The notes beneath the pieces were generated by a model. The model was given only the letters and a program-made list of their open reading frames with translations, was not told the DNA's origin and searched no databases. A stretch of 64,000 bases of DNA, from contig NC_089433.1 of the NCBI RefSeq assembly GCF_026210795.1, positions 1,922,001-1,986,000 on the forward strand, given 5' to 3'. The stretch comes from Rhizophagus irregularis (Eukaryota). Within the stretch, counting starts at the first letter, position 1; each line of letters opens with the position of its first letter. This document shows, in pieces, positions 24,570-37,420 of this stretch. A program made the translations under genes and the position numbers.

Positions 24570-27500
24570 TTCAGTTTTCTTGCAGGTTTCGTTCTCATTG
24601 GAAATAGATTTTGGTAAGTTTATTTTACATTTTTTCCCCTATATTTAATCCCTTTAATTTTATATTTCTTAACAAACTTTATTAATTGTTCATTATTTTC
24701 TTTCTATTTTAGGTGGATTTTCGGTCTTCTTTAGGACTTCGGAACTCGGAAGTTAACTTCCTTAACTTCAGTTGATATTAGACAAAACTTTTTGTAGATC
24801 GGTATCCTGGAATGAAACAGTAAGTTTCAGAGTATTTCATTTTACTTCAAAACTTTTTAAAATTTATCTTATCTTTATTAGTATTTTTTTTGTAGGTATC
24901 GATAGAGTGAGTTTCTTGGATCGTTTTTTTAAATTTGCTTTGAAGAAACTAATTATTTCTTCTTTTGTCAAGTTTGTAGGGTTCGTCTTCAATTATCAGG
25001 TCAGTTCTTTGGTAAGTTTTGAATTGAAACTAAAAGGAATTTTTTTTTTTTAACGAGCATTGCTAACGTTTCGTTAATATATTTTTTTTAGGTTTTGGGT
25101 TCAACTGGACTCCTTCAGTGAGTTTCTATTCGAACTTTTAGAAAAATCAAATTTCTTTTTAGCTAACATTTCATTGTTATTTTTTTTTAGGTTTCAGGTT
25201 CAACTGGATGACTGGATTCCCCTCCGTTCTTCAGTGTATTTCGTTCCAAACTAAAAAAAATTTTTTTTTAACGAAATTTCGCTAATGGTGGTAAATCCGT
25301 AATGATCATCACATTAATCTGATTTGTAATTGCCGATATCGATAATCTAATTTTAATTCTTCTTCAGTTTTATTTTTTTTTTCATTTAACTGAAAAAATT
25401 TTAGTAAATAATTGGTGAAGTTTTTTTATTTCTATTTTATTTTTATTCCTTTTATTATATTTTCTTTTTTATCTTTAGGGATATCTCTCAGACTTGGAGC
25501 TCAGCCCTTTATTTCAATTTGAGAACATTATTAACGTTCCCTTTCTTTTTTTTCTTTAGGGACAGTGAGACGCGGACTTCGGCCTCTTGGATACCGGGCT
25601 TTGGAATGGTAATTAGAATGGGAGAGGATTCTTTTTTTTTGATTTGAGAACATTACTAACGATCCCTTACTTTTTTCTTTAGGGATAGCGAGTCGTGGAA
25701 TTTGGTCTTGAATGCTGGACTTCGGAATGGTAACTAGAATAGGAGAGCAGGAAGGGGATTTTTTTGATTTGGGAACGTTACTAATATTCCGTTTCTTTTT
25801 TTCTTTTGTAGATTCCGGAACCCGTTGGACACCATTTCGAAAGGACCCCGAATAATACTAATATAACTCACAAATGATCGGCATGCATTTACTATTAACT
25901 CTACGCAACTTTTTTTTTATAGTAACGCTACGCAAATCCAAATCTTAGTTCAAAAAAATTTTTGTTACTAATATAATTCATTTCACATTTTTTCTATTAA
26001 AATATTAATAAAATCATGCAAACCTCACCATTTTATATTAAAATAGTGTAGTTCGCACTTTTTTCTATTAAAATATTAATAAAATGGTGCGAAAATCACC
26101 ATTTATTTGTTAAAATGGTGCGTTTCGCACTTTTTCTATTAAAATATTAATAATATCATGCGAAACTCACCATTTATTTGTTAAAATAGTGCGTTTCGCA
26201 CTTTTTTATAATAAAATATTAATAAAATGGTGTGAAACTCTCCATTTATTTGTCAAAATGGTGCGTTTCGCACTTTTTTATATTAAAATATTAATAAAAT
26301 GGTGCGAAACTCTCCATTTATTTGTCAAAATGGTGCGTTTCGCACTTTTTTATATTAAAATATTAATAAAATGGTGCGAAACTCCATTTTTTTGTTAAAA
26401 TGGTGCGTTTCGCACTTTTTTATATTAAAATATTAATAAAATGTGCGAAACTCCCGATTTTTTTGTTAAAATGGTGTGTTTCGCACTTTTCTATTAAATT
26501 ATTAATAAAATGGTGCATTTCGCACTTTTTCTATTAAAATATTAATAAAATGGTGCGAAACTCTCCATTTATTTGTCAAAATGGTGCGTTTCGCACTTTT
26601 TTATATTAAAATATTAATAAAATGGTGCGAAACTCCATTTTTTTTGTTAAAATGGTGCGTTTCGCACTTTTTTCTATGAAAATATTAATAAAATGGTGCG
26701 AAATTCACCATTTTTTGTTAAAGTAGTGCATTTCGCACTTTTTTTTTATTAAAAAATATTAAAATAATGCGAAATGCATTACTTTTTGTTACTATATACA
26801 ATTAATTACCAAAATCCGTAATATTGCAAATTTCATAAATATATTACGGACCCATCCTTAATGGTTTTGCGCAACTTAATTTTTATCAATATTATACAAT
26901 TGATCAACATATATTTATAAACTCTACGCAAACGTGATATGTGAGTTATCCCAAAATTGACCGATCTACGCAAACTCAATTTATGGGTTTAAAAAGTAAT
27001 TTCATATAAACTCTACGCAAACCCGTTTGTGAGTTATATCAGTATTATTCGGGGTCCTATTTCGAACCAGTAAGTAAAAAAAAAAAATACTTTAAAAAGA
27101 AGGCGTATAGATATATACTAACCTTCTATTTTCTTTTTTTTTTGTAGGTTCCGGACGCCATTTCGAACCGGTAAGTTAAAAATCGTTCTAATAGAAGGCG
27201 TATAGATATATACTAACCTTTTATTTTCTTTTTTTTGTAGATTCTGGACCCTATTCGTTCTTATTTTTTGTAGGTTCAGAATGCCGAAGATACACATTTC
27301 GAAGGTAACTTCAGTTTATTTTATTTATTTTTTTGTTATATTCAAGCGAAACGTTACTAATGCTTCGATTTTTTTTTTAGGGTTTCGGCTCTCTGGAACT
27401 CTCCTGGGCGGAATTTCGAAGGTATTTCTTTGAAATTAATTTATTTCTTTGTTTTATTTAAATGAAACGTTAACTTAAACGTTTCAATTTTCTCTTTTTA

Positions 27501-28870
27501 TAGGTCCATGGCTTCCCGAGCGGCATTTCGAAGGTAAAACTTCAAAAACTTTTATTTTTATTTTTATTCAATGAACATTAATTAACGTTCGTTCTATTTT
27601 TTGTAGGTCCAGAACACCGAAGGTATAGTGACGGACTCCACTTCGAAGGCAAAACCATCGAAGTTTTTTAATTTTATTTAATGAAACGTTGGCTAACGTT
27701 TCATTTGTGTTTTTTTTATAGGTTTTGTAGGTCCACGGCTTTCCGGACGCGAATTTTGAAGGTAAAACTTTGAAATTAAAATTTTTTTTTATTTTAATTT
27801 GATGAACGTTAACTAATGTTCGTTTTGATTTTTTGTAGGTCAAGACATTGCCGGGTTCTATTTTGAAGGTGAAAGTTCGAAATGATTTTTTTTATTTTTT
27901 AACGAACATTATACTAATGTTCATTTTTCTTTTATTTTTGTAGGTCAGGACGCTGCCAGACTCCATTTTAAAGGTATTTTCTTTGAAAGTTTTTTTTTAT
28001 TAATTTATTTAACGAATGTTAGCTAACGTTCGTTCTTATTTTTTGTAGGTCCAGAATACCGAAGGTGCGATTCTGGATCCATTTTGAAGGTAACTTCAAT
28101 TTTTTTTTTTTTTTCAGCTAAACGTTCCTAATGTTTCAGTTTTTCTTTTTTAGGTATTTGGCTCTCCGAAATTCTCCTGGATGGAATTTTGAAGTTACTT
28201 CTTTGAAATCATTTTACTTTTTATTTTATTTTGTTATATTTTAGCAAAACGTTACTAACTTTTCGTGTCTTTTTTTTTAGGATCAGGAAGTTGAAGCACT
28301 CCCATTTCGAAGGTGAAACTTTTATTTATTTTTTATGTTTTATTAATGAAATGTTTTTATTAATGAAAGGTACTAACATTTTATTTTATTCTTTTTGTGA
28401 GAACCCAGCCGTCACTACTGCCATTTCGAAGGTAAAACTTCGAAGTCTGTTGTTTTTTTTTATATTTATTTAAACGAAATGTTGACTAACATCTCGACGT
28501 TTTGTTTCCTCTTTTTGTAGGTTTTTGACTCTCTGGACGCAGAATTTCGAAGGTAATACTTCGAAATTCTTTTTTTTTACTTTCTTCTAACGAACGTTAT
28601 ACTAACATTTATTTATTTTATTTTTTAGGTTCCAGGTTCCCTTTCAAACATTTCGAAGATGACAATTCGAAATGTCATTTGTTTTATTTTGTTTTTAACG
28701 AACGTTTGCTAAAGTTCGTTTTTCTTTTCTATATGGAAACCCGGGACCTAAAAAGTAAAAGTTCGAAGGTAAAGCTTCAAGATTGAGTTTTTCTTTTTTT
28801 CTTTATTTCTCTATAACGAAACTTTATTTCTTTTGTAGGTCCTGGACACCGTTTCAAAAGAATTGAATAG
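24570..28870 (+). other. Array of micro-exon/intron modules (putative spliced transcript 1 of the CACTG element)
   Basis: Repeated pattern: CTAAC branch, polyT, TAG | ~10-50 nt GC-richer exon | GT. About 14 consecutive exons at 27273-28768 end in TT(C/T)GAAG or close variants. Confidence 0.7.
25842..27058. mobile_element. AGGACCCCG-family element (1217 bp) with internal 69-bp repeats, 8-bp TSD ATTTCGAA
   Basis: TIR AGGACCCCGAATAATACT.ATATAACTCACAAA. ATTTCGAA at 25834-25841 and 27059-27066. Confidence 0.92.
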
Positions 28871-30590
28871 TTGTTTGCTGGAATCGAACCAACTGGAACA
28901 ATGTTCCAAACCATTAACAACATAATGTAGATAGATAGATAGAATAGGATAAATGAATGTAATTTATGTATAATAATGAAATAAAAAATATACGTTTAAA
29001 TAAATAAATAAATAAATAAATAATGTATATAAAATAAATAAATAATAAGAATAATAAGAAATCAGGTTTCGATGTAGCAAATATGCAACTAATATTATAG
29101 ACAGTTCGGTAAGGATTAAGATTGCTAAAATTCTTCCGATATTCATATTACACTTACCCGATGCTGCTTGACCCAAAAGTCACATGACTTATACCTGATC
29201 TGCGCCGAGAACCGGTCACAAATCAGGTGGACTGATCAGCTCCCATTCAGGTTAAAATCGAAAACAAATAATAGGGGCTATCGGGTATATGAAATTTACC
29301 CGGTAGCCCTTCATTTAACTAGTGAAAGGTAATGAAGTATGTGGTCATTGTGGTGTGAATGGTGTTAGGAATTCCACTAATGCCATTTCTTTATCTTTTT
29401 TAGGTTTTTAAGCAGTTTTTAAACAGCTCTTAGACAAACGGCATGTAATGGAGTGTATATATATATATAGTTGAGTGTGGTATTGCTAATGGTGTTATAA
29501 AAAATAATAACTAGTAACGCCACTATTTTTTATTTTTAGGATTCTTGATAGTTCCTGGATAATCCTTCGCGGTAGGTCTTTTGGTTGGGTATTAATGGCG
29601 TTATTAAACTATATAATAATGCCTTTTTTATTTTTTTTTAGGTTTTAAGTCAGACGATTATTTGCAATAAGTTTCTTTGGGTGATTATATGGAGCGATAT
29701 TAACACCTTTTACTTCTTTCTTTTTTGATTTTTAGACGATTCGTTGATAACTGTTTATGGTAAGTCTTTCGGGTGGGTGTTAATACAGTAGTACTATTAA
29801 ACTATAATAACACCTTTTTTTTTGTTTTTAGGTTTTAAAATAGTTTCTGGATGTCTCCTTGCAGTATGTTTCTTTGAGTAGTTATGTGGTGATATTAATG
29901 GCATATTAAATCCATTTGTTTTTTTTTTCGTTAGGTTTCTGAATGGTTTTTGTGGATAAAAAACACAGATTTCTGTACTGGTAATAAGTTTCTTTTGGTT
30001 GGTATGTGAATGTTAATGACGTTAGGATGCAGTACTAACATAATTTCTTCTATTTTTTAGGTTCTTGGACAATGCTTTGAACGATTTTTGGATAAAACAT
30101 TATGGTAGGTTCTTTTGTTAATGCAATAATGGTATTATTAAACAAAGCTAACACTTTTTTTTTATTTTTTTATGTTTCTTGGATTAAAACGCGTAATGTA
30201 GATCAGACATGATCGTAATGTCAAGATCAACTAAGACGTGACATCTGATATTAGAACTTAGAAGTTGCTTGTTGGAATCGAACCAACTGGAACAATGTTC
30301 CAAACTATTAAAACATAATGTAAATAGATAGAATAGGATAAATTAATGAACAATTTAAATATAATAATGAAATAAATATATTATATGTTAAATAAATAAA
30401 TAAATAAATAAATAATAGTACATATAAATGAATAAATAATAAAAAGAAATCAGGTTTCGACATAGCAAATATACACCTGATATCATAAATAGTTCAGTAA
30501 GGATTAAGAGAAATATCGGATTGCTGAAATTCTCCCGATATTCATATAACACTTACCGTTATGTTCTGACCTGAAAGTCATATGACAAAT
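28870..30590 (+). repeat. Diverged direct repeat (~320 bp; ~28870-29195 and ~30263-30590) closing each micro-exon array; a second exon array lies between the copies (~29400-30180)
   Basis: Both copies contain TGGAATCGAACCAACTGGAACAATGTTCCAAAC, AATAAA-rich tracts and GAAATCAGGTTTCGA...GTAAGGATTAAGA. Confidence 0.8.
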
Positions 30591-31285
30591 CATTTGACCT
30601 GTGATTAGTACCTGATATATATTAGAAATATATCGGTGACATATTGGGCGATATATATCTGATTATATAGGTGCCCGAAATATACCAGTGTATATCGGTG
30701 ACATATTGGGTACCCGATGTTGTACCCGATATATGTAAATGCCCGATATATATCTGATTAGTCACCGATATATAGGTGCCTGATATATACCCGATAGCAT
30801 AGATTTTGACCAGTGGTGTACGAACACTTTGGTTGGTCTAAGACCTAACAGAAGGTCAAACTACCACTAAGACATTGCACTCTCAGCCCTCAGCTTTACC
30901 ATTTAGGACGACCATCTAGCTATTACTGACTCCAAGTGGTATCGTAGAGTGACCACCTGGACAGGAAGTCTCCCCCAAGGTATAGTAGTGACCTCAAGAA
31001 CAGGACTGCGCACATACCAATGGCCTCATAGGGAACGTTAGAAAGACACCATGACCCTTAGTTGAAATGTGCGGTCTAACCGTACACACTAATTCACCAT
31101 GATGCAGTCCAACTACACTAATCCCTGTACTTTCATGCTATTGGTTGTAGCGTCCGCAGTAAAATTCTTTTTATTTCCGTGGTCATGGGAATCGAACCTG
31201 CGACCTCACCATACTCAGGCTTAATGAGGGACTCAGTTACTATCTACCGAAATAGGGTGACCAACCTTTAGTTTTATCCTTTTAC

Positions 31286-33721
31286 TTTGCTATATTTACG
31301 GCCAGACCACCTATTGCCTCTTTTTGAGGCTAATCTCGGGTCTGTGTCCTATTATCTTCAATGGGCAACCATTATACCGAGTACTTAATTCCTCAGGTAA
31401 CAGCACCACTATAGAAGACATCCCACATCGGGCCATTTTAGGCTGATCTGAAGCTAGGTACACACCGCCTACTCATCCTATACCCATTGCATGATACTGA
31501 TACTCAATTTATTTTACGATCTTTAGAGAGCATCTACTTTCATGGAGGACTTTTGACAGGTAACATCAACCATCTAGTACTCTTCCATACCACTATTTTA
31601 GGTACTAAGTCTCACTCAAAGGCCACTACAGCTCGCGATTACCTAGTACTGATAGTACAGTTGTTTACCCCAAGTGGTATACTTTGTAGTGACCACTCAG
31701 ACAGGAAGTAGCAGGCATCTGTCCAGGATCACCCCTTATGGTGGGTATCAACCACCAGGGATCACCAACCAGGACCCAAAGAGTAGGGAATCGAACCCCA
31801 TAACCATGCTACCTGTTCTGTGCACGAACACCTTGGTTGGTCTATGACCTAACAGAAGGTCAAACTACCACTAAGACATTGCACCCTCAGCTTTACCATC
31901 TAGGACGACCATCTAGCTATTACTGACCCCAAGTGGTATCGTGGAGTGACCACAGGACCCCGAATAATACTAATATAACTCACAAATGATCGGCATGCAT
32001 TTACTATTAACTCTACACAACTTTTTTTTCATAGTAACGCTACGCAAATCCAAATCTTAGTTCAAAAAAATTTTTGTTACTAATATAATTCATTTCACAT
32101 TTTTTCTATTAAAATATTAATAAAATCATGCAAACCTCACCATTTTATATTAAAATAGTGTGTTTCACACTTTTTTCTATTAAAATATTAATAAAATGGT
32201 GCGAAAATCACCATTTATTTGTTAAAATGGTGCGTTTTGCACTTTTTCTATTAAAATATTAATAATATCATGCGAAACTCACCATTTATTTGTTAAAATA
32301 GTGCGTTTCGCACTTTTTTATATTAAAATATTAATAAAATTGTGCGAAACTCTCCATTTATTTGTCAAAATGGTGCGTTTCGCACTTTTTTATATTAAAA
32401 TATTAATAAAATGGTGCGAAACTCTCCATTTATTTGTCAAAATGGTGCGTTTCGCACTTTTTTATATTAAAATATTAATAAAATGGTGCGAAACTCTCCA
32501 TTTATTTGTTAAAATGGTGCGTTTCGCACTTTTTTATATTAAAATATTAATAAAATGGTGCGAAACTCTCCATTTATTTGTCAAAATGGTGCGTTTCGCA
32601 CTTTTTTATATTAAAATATTAATAAAATGGTGCGAAACTCTCCATTTTTTTGTTAAAATGGTGCGTTTCGCACTTTTTTATATTAAAATATTAATAAAAT
32701 GTGCGAAACTCCCAATTTTTTTGTTAAAATGGTGCGTTTCGCACTTTTTTATATTAAAATATTAATAAAATTTGCGAAACTCCCAATTTTTTTGTTAAAA
32801 TGGTGCGTTTCGCACTTTTTTATATTAAAATATTAATAAAATGGTGCGAAACTCTCCATTTATTTGTCAAAATGGTGCGTTTCGCACTTTTTTATATTAA
32901 AATATTAATAAAATGGTGCGAAACTCTCCATTTTTTTGTTAAAATGGTGCGTTTCGCACTTTTTCTATTAAAATATTAATAAAATGGTACGTTTCGCACT
33001 TTTTTATATTAAAATGTTAATAAAATGGTGCGAAATTCACCATTTTTTGTTAAAGTAGTGCATTTCGCACTTTTTTTTTATTAAAAAATATTAAAATAAT
33101 GCGAAATGCATTACTTTTTGTTACTATATACAATTAATTACCAAAATCCGTAATATTGCAAATTTCATAAATATATTACGGACCCATCCTTAATGGTTTT
33201 GTGCAACTTAATTTTATCAATATTATACAGTACAATTGATCAACATATAATGCAATATATTTAAAAACTCTACGCAAACGTGATATGTGAGTTATCCCAA
33301 AATTGACCTATCTACGCAAACTCAATTTATGGGTTTAAAAAGTAATTTCATATAAACTCTACGCAAACCCGTTTGTGAGTTATATTAGTATTATTCGGGG
33401 TCCTGTGACCACCTGGACAGGAAGTCCCCCCTAAGGTATAGTAGTGACCTCAAGGACAGGACTGCGCACATGCCAATGGCCTCATAGGGAATGTTAGAAG
33501 GACACCATGACCCTTAGTTGAAATGTGCGGCCTAACCGTACACACTAATTCACCATGATGCAGTCCAACTACACTAATCCCTGTACCTTCACGCTATTGG
33601 TTGTAGCGTCCACAGTAAAATTCTTTTTATTTCCGTGGTCATGGGAATCGAACCTGCGACCTCACCATACTCAGGCTTAATGAGGGTCTCAGTGACTAAC
33701 CACTAAGATAGGATGACCAAC
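31286..33721 (-). mobile_element. tRNA-derived SINE copy 2 (interrupted by an AGGACCCCG element)
   Basis: Same ~970-bp sequence. Two B boxes on the minus strand (31787-31797 and ~33644-33654). Target copies at 31272-31285 and 33725-33738. Confidence 0.87.
31954..33404. mobile_element. AGGACCCCG-family element (1451 bp) with expanded 69-bp repeats, 8-bp TSD GTGACCAC
   Basis: Near-identical to 25842-27058 apart from repeat number. GTGACCAC at 31946-31953 and 33405-33412. Confidence 0.92.
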
Positions 33722-33738
33722 TTGTTTTATCCTTTTAC

Positions 33739-34945
33739 TTTGCTATGTTAATGGCCAAACCACCCATTGCCTCTTTTTGAGACTAATCTCGGGTTTGTGT
33801 CCTATCATCTTCAATGGGCAACCATTATACCGAGTACTTAATTCCTCAGGTAACAGCAATACTATAGAAGACATCCCCCATCGGGCCACTTTAGGCTGAT
33901 CTGAAGCTAGGTACACGCCGCCTACTCATCCTATACCCATTGCATGATACTGATACTCAATTTATTTTACGACCTTTAAAGAGCATCTACTTTCATGGAG
34001 GACTTTCGACAGGTAACATCAACCATCTAGTACCCTTCCATACCACCATTTTAGGTACTAAGTCTCACTCAAAGGCCACCACTGGTAAAAAATGATTTAT
34101 CCTACACATATCTTACACATATTGGGTACTCAAAATGTAGAAAATCATACACAAATAATACACATATCATACACATATCGGATACTAATATATATATCAT
34201 ACATATATCAGGTACCTGATAGGTATACTATATATATAAGTACCCGATATGTGTATGATATGTATATTATTTGTGTATGATTTTCTACATTTTGAGTACC
34301 CGATATATGTAAGATATGTGTAGGATATGTGTAGGATAGACCATTTTTTTACCAGTGCACTACAGCCCGCGATTCACCACAGGTACCGATAGTACAGTTG
34401 TTTATCCCAAGTGGTATACTTTGTAGTGACCACTCGGACAGGAAGTAGCAGGCATCTGTCCAGGATCACATTTTATGGTGGGTATCAACCAATAACCATG
34501 CTACCTGTTCTGTGCACGAACACCTTGGTTGGTCTATGACCTAACAGAAAGTCTAACTACCACTAAGACATTACACCCTCAGCTTTACCATCTAGGACGA
34601 CCATCTAGCCATTATTGACCCCAAGTGGTATCGTGGAGTGACCACCCGGACAGGAAGTCTCCCCCAAGGTATAGTAGTGACCTCAAGGACAGGACTGTAC
34701 ACATGCCAATGGCCTCATAGGGAACGTTAGAAGGACACCATGACGCCCGTTGAAATGTGCAGCCTAACTGTACACACTAATTCACCATAATGCAGTCTAA
34801 CTACACTAATCCCTCCCCGTACCTTCACGCTATTGGTTGTAGCGTCCACAGTAAAATTCTTTTTATTTCCGTGTCATGGGAATCGAACCTGCGACCTCAC
34901 CATACTCAGGCTTAATTTATGTGATAGCGACTAACCACTGAGATC
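33739..34945 (-). mobile_element. tRNA-derived SINE copy 3 (MITE insertion, internal deletion, head slightly truncated)
   Basis: Aligns with the other copies. Target at 33725-33738 and 34947-34960. Confidence 0.85.
34080..34357. mobile_element. CACTG MITE (278 bp), 3-bp TSD CAC
   Basis: Runs CACTGGTAAAAAATG...CATTTTTTTACCAGTG, with CAC on both sides. Largely palindromic. Confidence 0.9.
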
Positions 34946-34960
34946 ATTTTATCCTTTTAC

Positions 34961-36163
34961 TTTGCTTATGTTTACGGCCAGACCACCTATTGCCTCTTTT
35001 GGACTAATCTCGGGTTTATGTCTCTATCATCTTCAATGGGCAACCATTATACCGAGTACTTAATTCCTCAGGTAACAGCACCACTATAGAAGACATCCCC
35101 CATCGGGTCCACTTTAGTCGATCTGAAGCCAGGTACACGCCGCCTACTCATCCTATACCCATTGCATGATACTGATACTCAATTTATTTTACAACCTTTA
35201 AAGAGCATCTACTTTCATGGAGGACTTTCGACAGGTAACATCAACCATCTAAGTACCCTTCCATACCACCATTTTAGGTACTAAGTCTCACTCAAAGGCC
35301 ACCACTGGTAAAAAATGATTTATCCTACACATATCTTACACATATTGGTACTCAAAATGTAGAAAATCATACACAAATAATACACATATCATACACATAT
35401 CGGATACTAATATATATATCATACATATATCAGGTACCTGATAGGTATACTATATATATAAGTACTCCCGATATGTGTGTGATACGTATATTATTTGTGT
35501 ATGATTTTCTACATTTTGAGTATCCGATATATGTAAGATATGTGTAGGATATGTGTAGGATAGACCATTTTTTTACCAGTGCACTACAGCCCGCGATTAC
35601 CTAGTACCGATAGTACAGTTGTTTACCCCAAGTGGTATACTTTGTAGTGACCACTCGGACGGAAGTAGCAGGCATCTGTCCAGGATCACATTTTATGGTG
35701 GGTATCAACCAATAACCATGCTACCTGTTCTGTGCACGAACACCTTGGTTGGTCTATGACCTAACAGAAAGTCTAACTACCACTAAGACATTACACCCTC
35801 AGCTTTACCATCTAGGACGACCATCTAGCCATTATTGACCCCAAGTGGTATCGTGGAGTGACCACCCGGACAGGAAGTCTCCCCCAAGGTATAGTAGTGA
35901 CCTCAAGGACAGGACTGTACACATGCCAATGGCCTCATAGGGAACGTTAGAAGGACACCATGACCCTTAGTTGAAATGTGCAGCCTAACTGTACACACTA
36001 ATTCACCATAATGCAGTCTAACTACACTAATCCCTGTACCTTCACGCTATTGGTTGTAGCGTCCACAGTAAAATTCTTTTTATTTCCGTGGTCATGGGAA
36101 TCGAACCTGCGACCTCACCATACTCAGGCTTAATGAGGGTATTAGTGACTAACCACTGAGATC
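34961..36163 (-). mobile_element. tRNA-derived SINE copy 4 (near duplicate of copy 3)
   Basis: Same MITE at the same site, same internal deletion and same head truncation as copy 3. Target at 36165-36178. Confidence 0.85.
35303..35581. mobile_element. CACTG MITE, duplicate of 34080-34357, TSD CAC
   Basis: Same termini and same insertion point within the SINE. Confidence 0.9.
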
Positions 36164-36178
36164 ATTTTATCCTTTTAC

Positions 36179-37152
36179 TTTCGCTATGTTTACGGCCAGA
36201 CCACCTATTGCCTCTTTTTGGACTAATCTCGGTCTGCGTCCTATCATCTTCAATAGGCAACTATTATACCGAGTACTTAATTCCTCAGGTAACAGCACCA
36301 CTATAGAAGACATCCCCCATCGGGCTACTTTAGGCTGATCTGAAGCTAGGTATACGCCGCCTACTCATCCTATACCCATTGCATAATACTGATACTCAAT
36401 TTATTTTACGACCTTTAGAGAGCATCTACTTTCATGGAGGACTTTTGACAGGTAACATCAACCATCTAGTACCCTTCCATACCACCATTTTAGGTACTAA
36501 GTCTCACTCAAAGGCCACTACAGCCCACGATTACCTAGCACCGATAGTACAGTTGTTTACCCCAAGTTGTATACTTTGTAGCGACCACTGACAGGAAGTG
36601 GCAGGCATCTGTCCAGGATCACCCCCTTATGGTGGGTATCAACCACCAGGGATCACCAACCAGGACCCAAAGAGTAGGGAATTGAACCCCATAACTATGC
36701 TACCTGTTCTGTACACGAACACCTTGGTTGGTCTAAGACCTAACAGAAGGTCTAACTACCACTAAGACATTGCACCCTCAGCTTTACCATCTAGGATGAC
36801 CATCTAGCCATTACTGACTCCAAGTGGTATCGTAGAGTAACCACCCGGACAGGAAGTCCCCCCAAGGTATAGTAGTGACCTCAAGAACAGGACTGCGCAC
36901 ATGCCAATGGCCCCATAGGGAACGTTAGAAGGATCTGTGACTCGGATTGAAATGTGCAGCCTAACTGTACACACTAATTCACCATGATGCAGTCCAACTA
37001 CACTAATCCCTGTACCTTCACGCTATTGGTTGTAGCGTCTGCAGTAAAATTCTTTTTATTTCCGTGGTCATGGGAATCGAACCTGCGACCTCACCATACT
37101 CAGGCTTAATGAGGGTCTCAGTGACTAACCACCGAGATAGGGTGACCAACCC
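36179..37152 (-). mobile_element. tRNA-derived SINE copy 5, uninterrupted (~974 bp)
   Basis: Minus-strand head GGTCACCCTATCTCGGTGGTTAG...GGTTCGATTCCCATGACCA (B box 37073-37083). Flanked by the target at 36165-36178 and 37156-37169. Confidence 0.88.
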
Positions 37153-37420
37153 TTATTTTATCCTTTTACTGTGCAAACAGTCTTTTGACTTTATCTTTTA
37201 TTCATATTTTAACATCGAAAATTGACGAACAATATTACAAAAATAAGAAAATAAACTAATAAAAAATAAAAAGAGTAGCTTCACGACTCATATAAGTAAA
37301 GAAATCTAAACTAAAATAAAATTAAAGCAAAGAAAAACTAAACTATTACAGAATCGCATACCCCAACTTTACCCGAAGGCCAGTGTGAGTCAACTATCCA
37401 ACGTCCAAAAATCCAGTCCG

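Larger units (their letters stand above)
22810..30815. mobile_element. Non-autonomous CACTA/EnSpm-like element (CACTG termini), 8006 bp, 3-bp TSD GTG
   Basis: Runs CACTGGTCAAAATC...GATTTTGACCAGTG, with GTG at 22807-22809 and 30816-30818. Subterminal ATATCGGGTA/TACCCGATAT motifs at both ends. No transposase ORF. Confidence 0.9.
22272..31266 (-). mobile_element. tRNA-derived SINE copy 1 (interrupted by the 8-kb CACTG element)
   Basis: Segments 22272-22809 plus 30816-31266 align with copies 2-5. B-box GGTTCGATTCC on the minus strand near 31188-31198. Flanked by TTTTATCCTTTTAC. Confidence 0.85.

Noticed and set aside
31487..31711. Short ORFs within SINE copies (also 22244, 22646 and 36379)
   Set aside because: They are antisense to the Pol III head, short, and their frames are not conserved between copies.
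32301..32765. 154-aa repeat ORF (also 26189-26398, 49099-49446 and 55235-55567)
   Set aside because: Translations of 69-bp, 39-bp or subterminal tandem repeats.
37065..37147. Functional tRNA gene (also the equivalent heads in the other copies)
   Set aside because: T-stem and D-arm pairing are poor, and the module is embedded in a repeated ~970-bp unit. Treated as a SINE head.
22272..37152. LTRs or solo-LTR array
   Set aside because: No TG...CA ends, PBS/PPT or gag-pol/integrase. The neighbouring RT is non-LTR type with APE.
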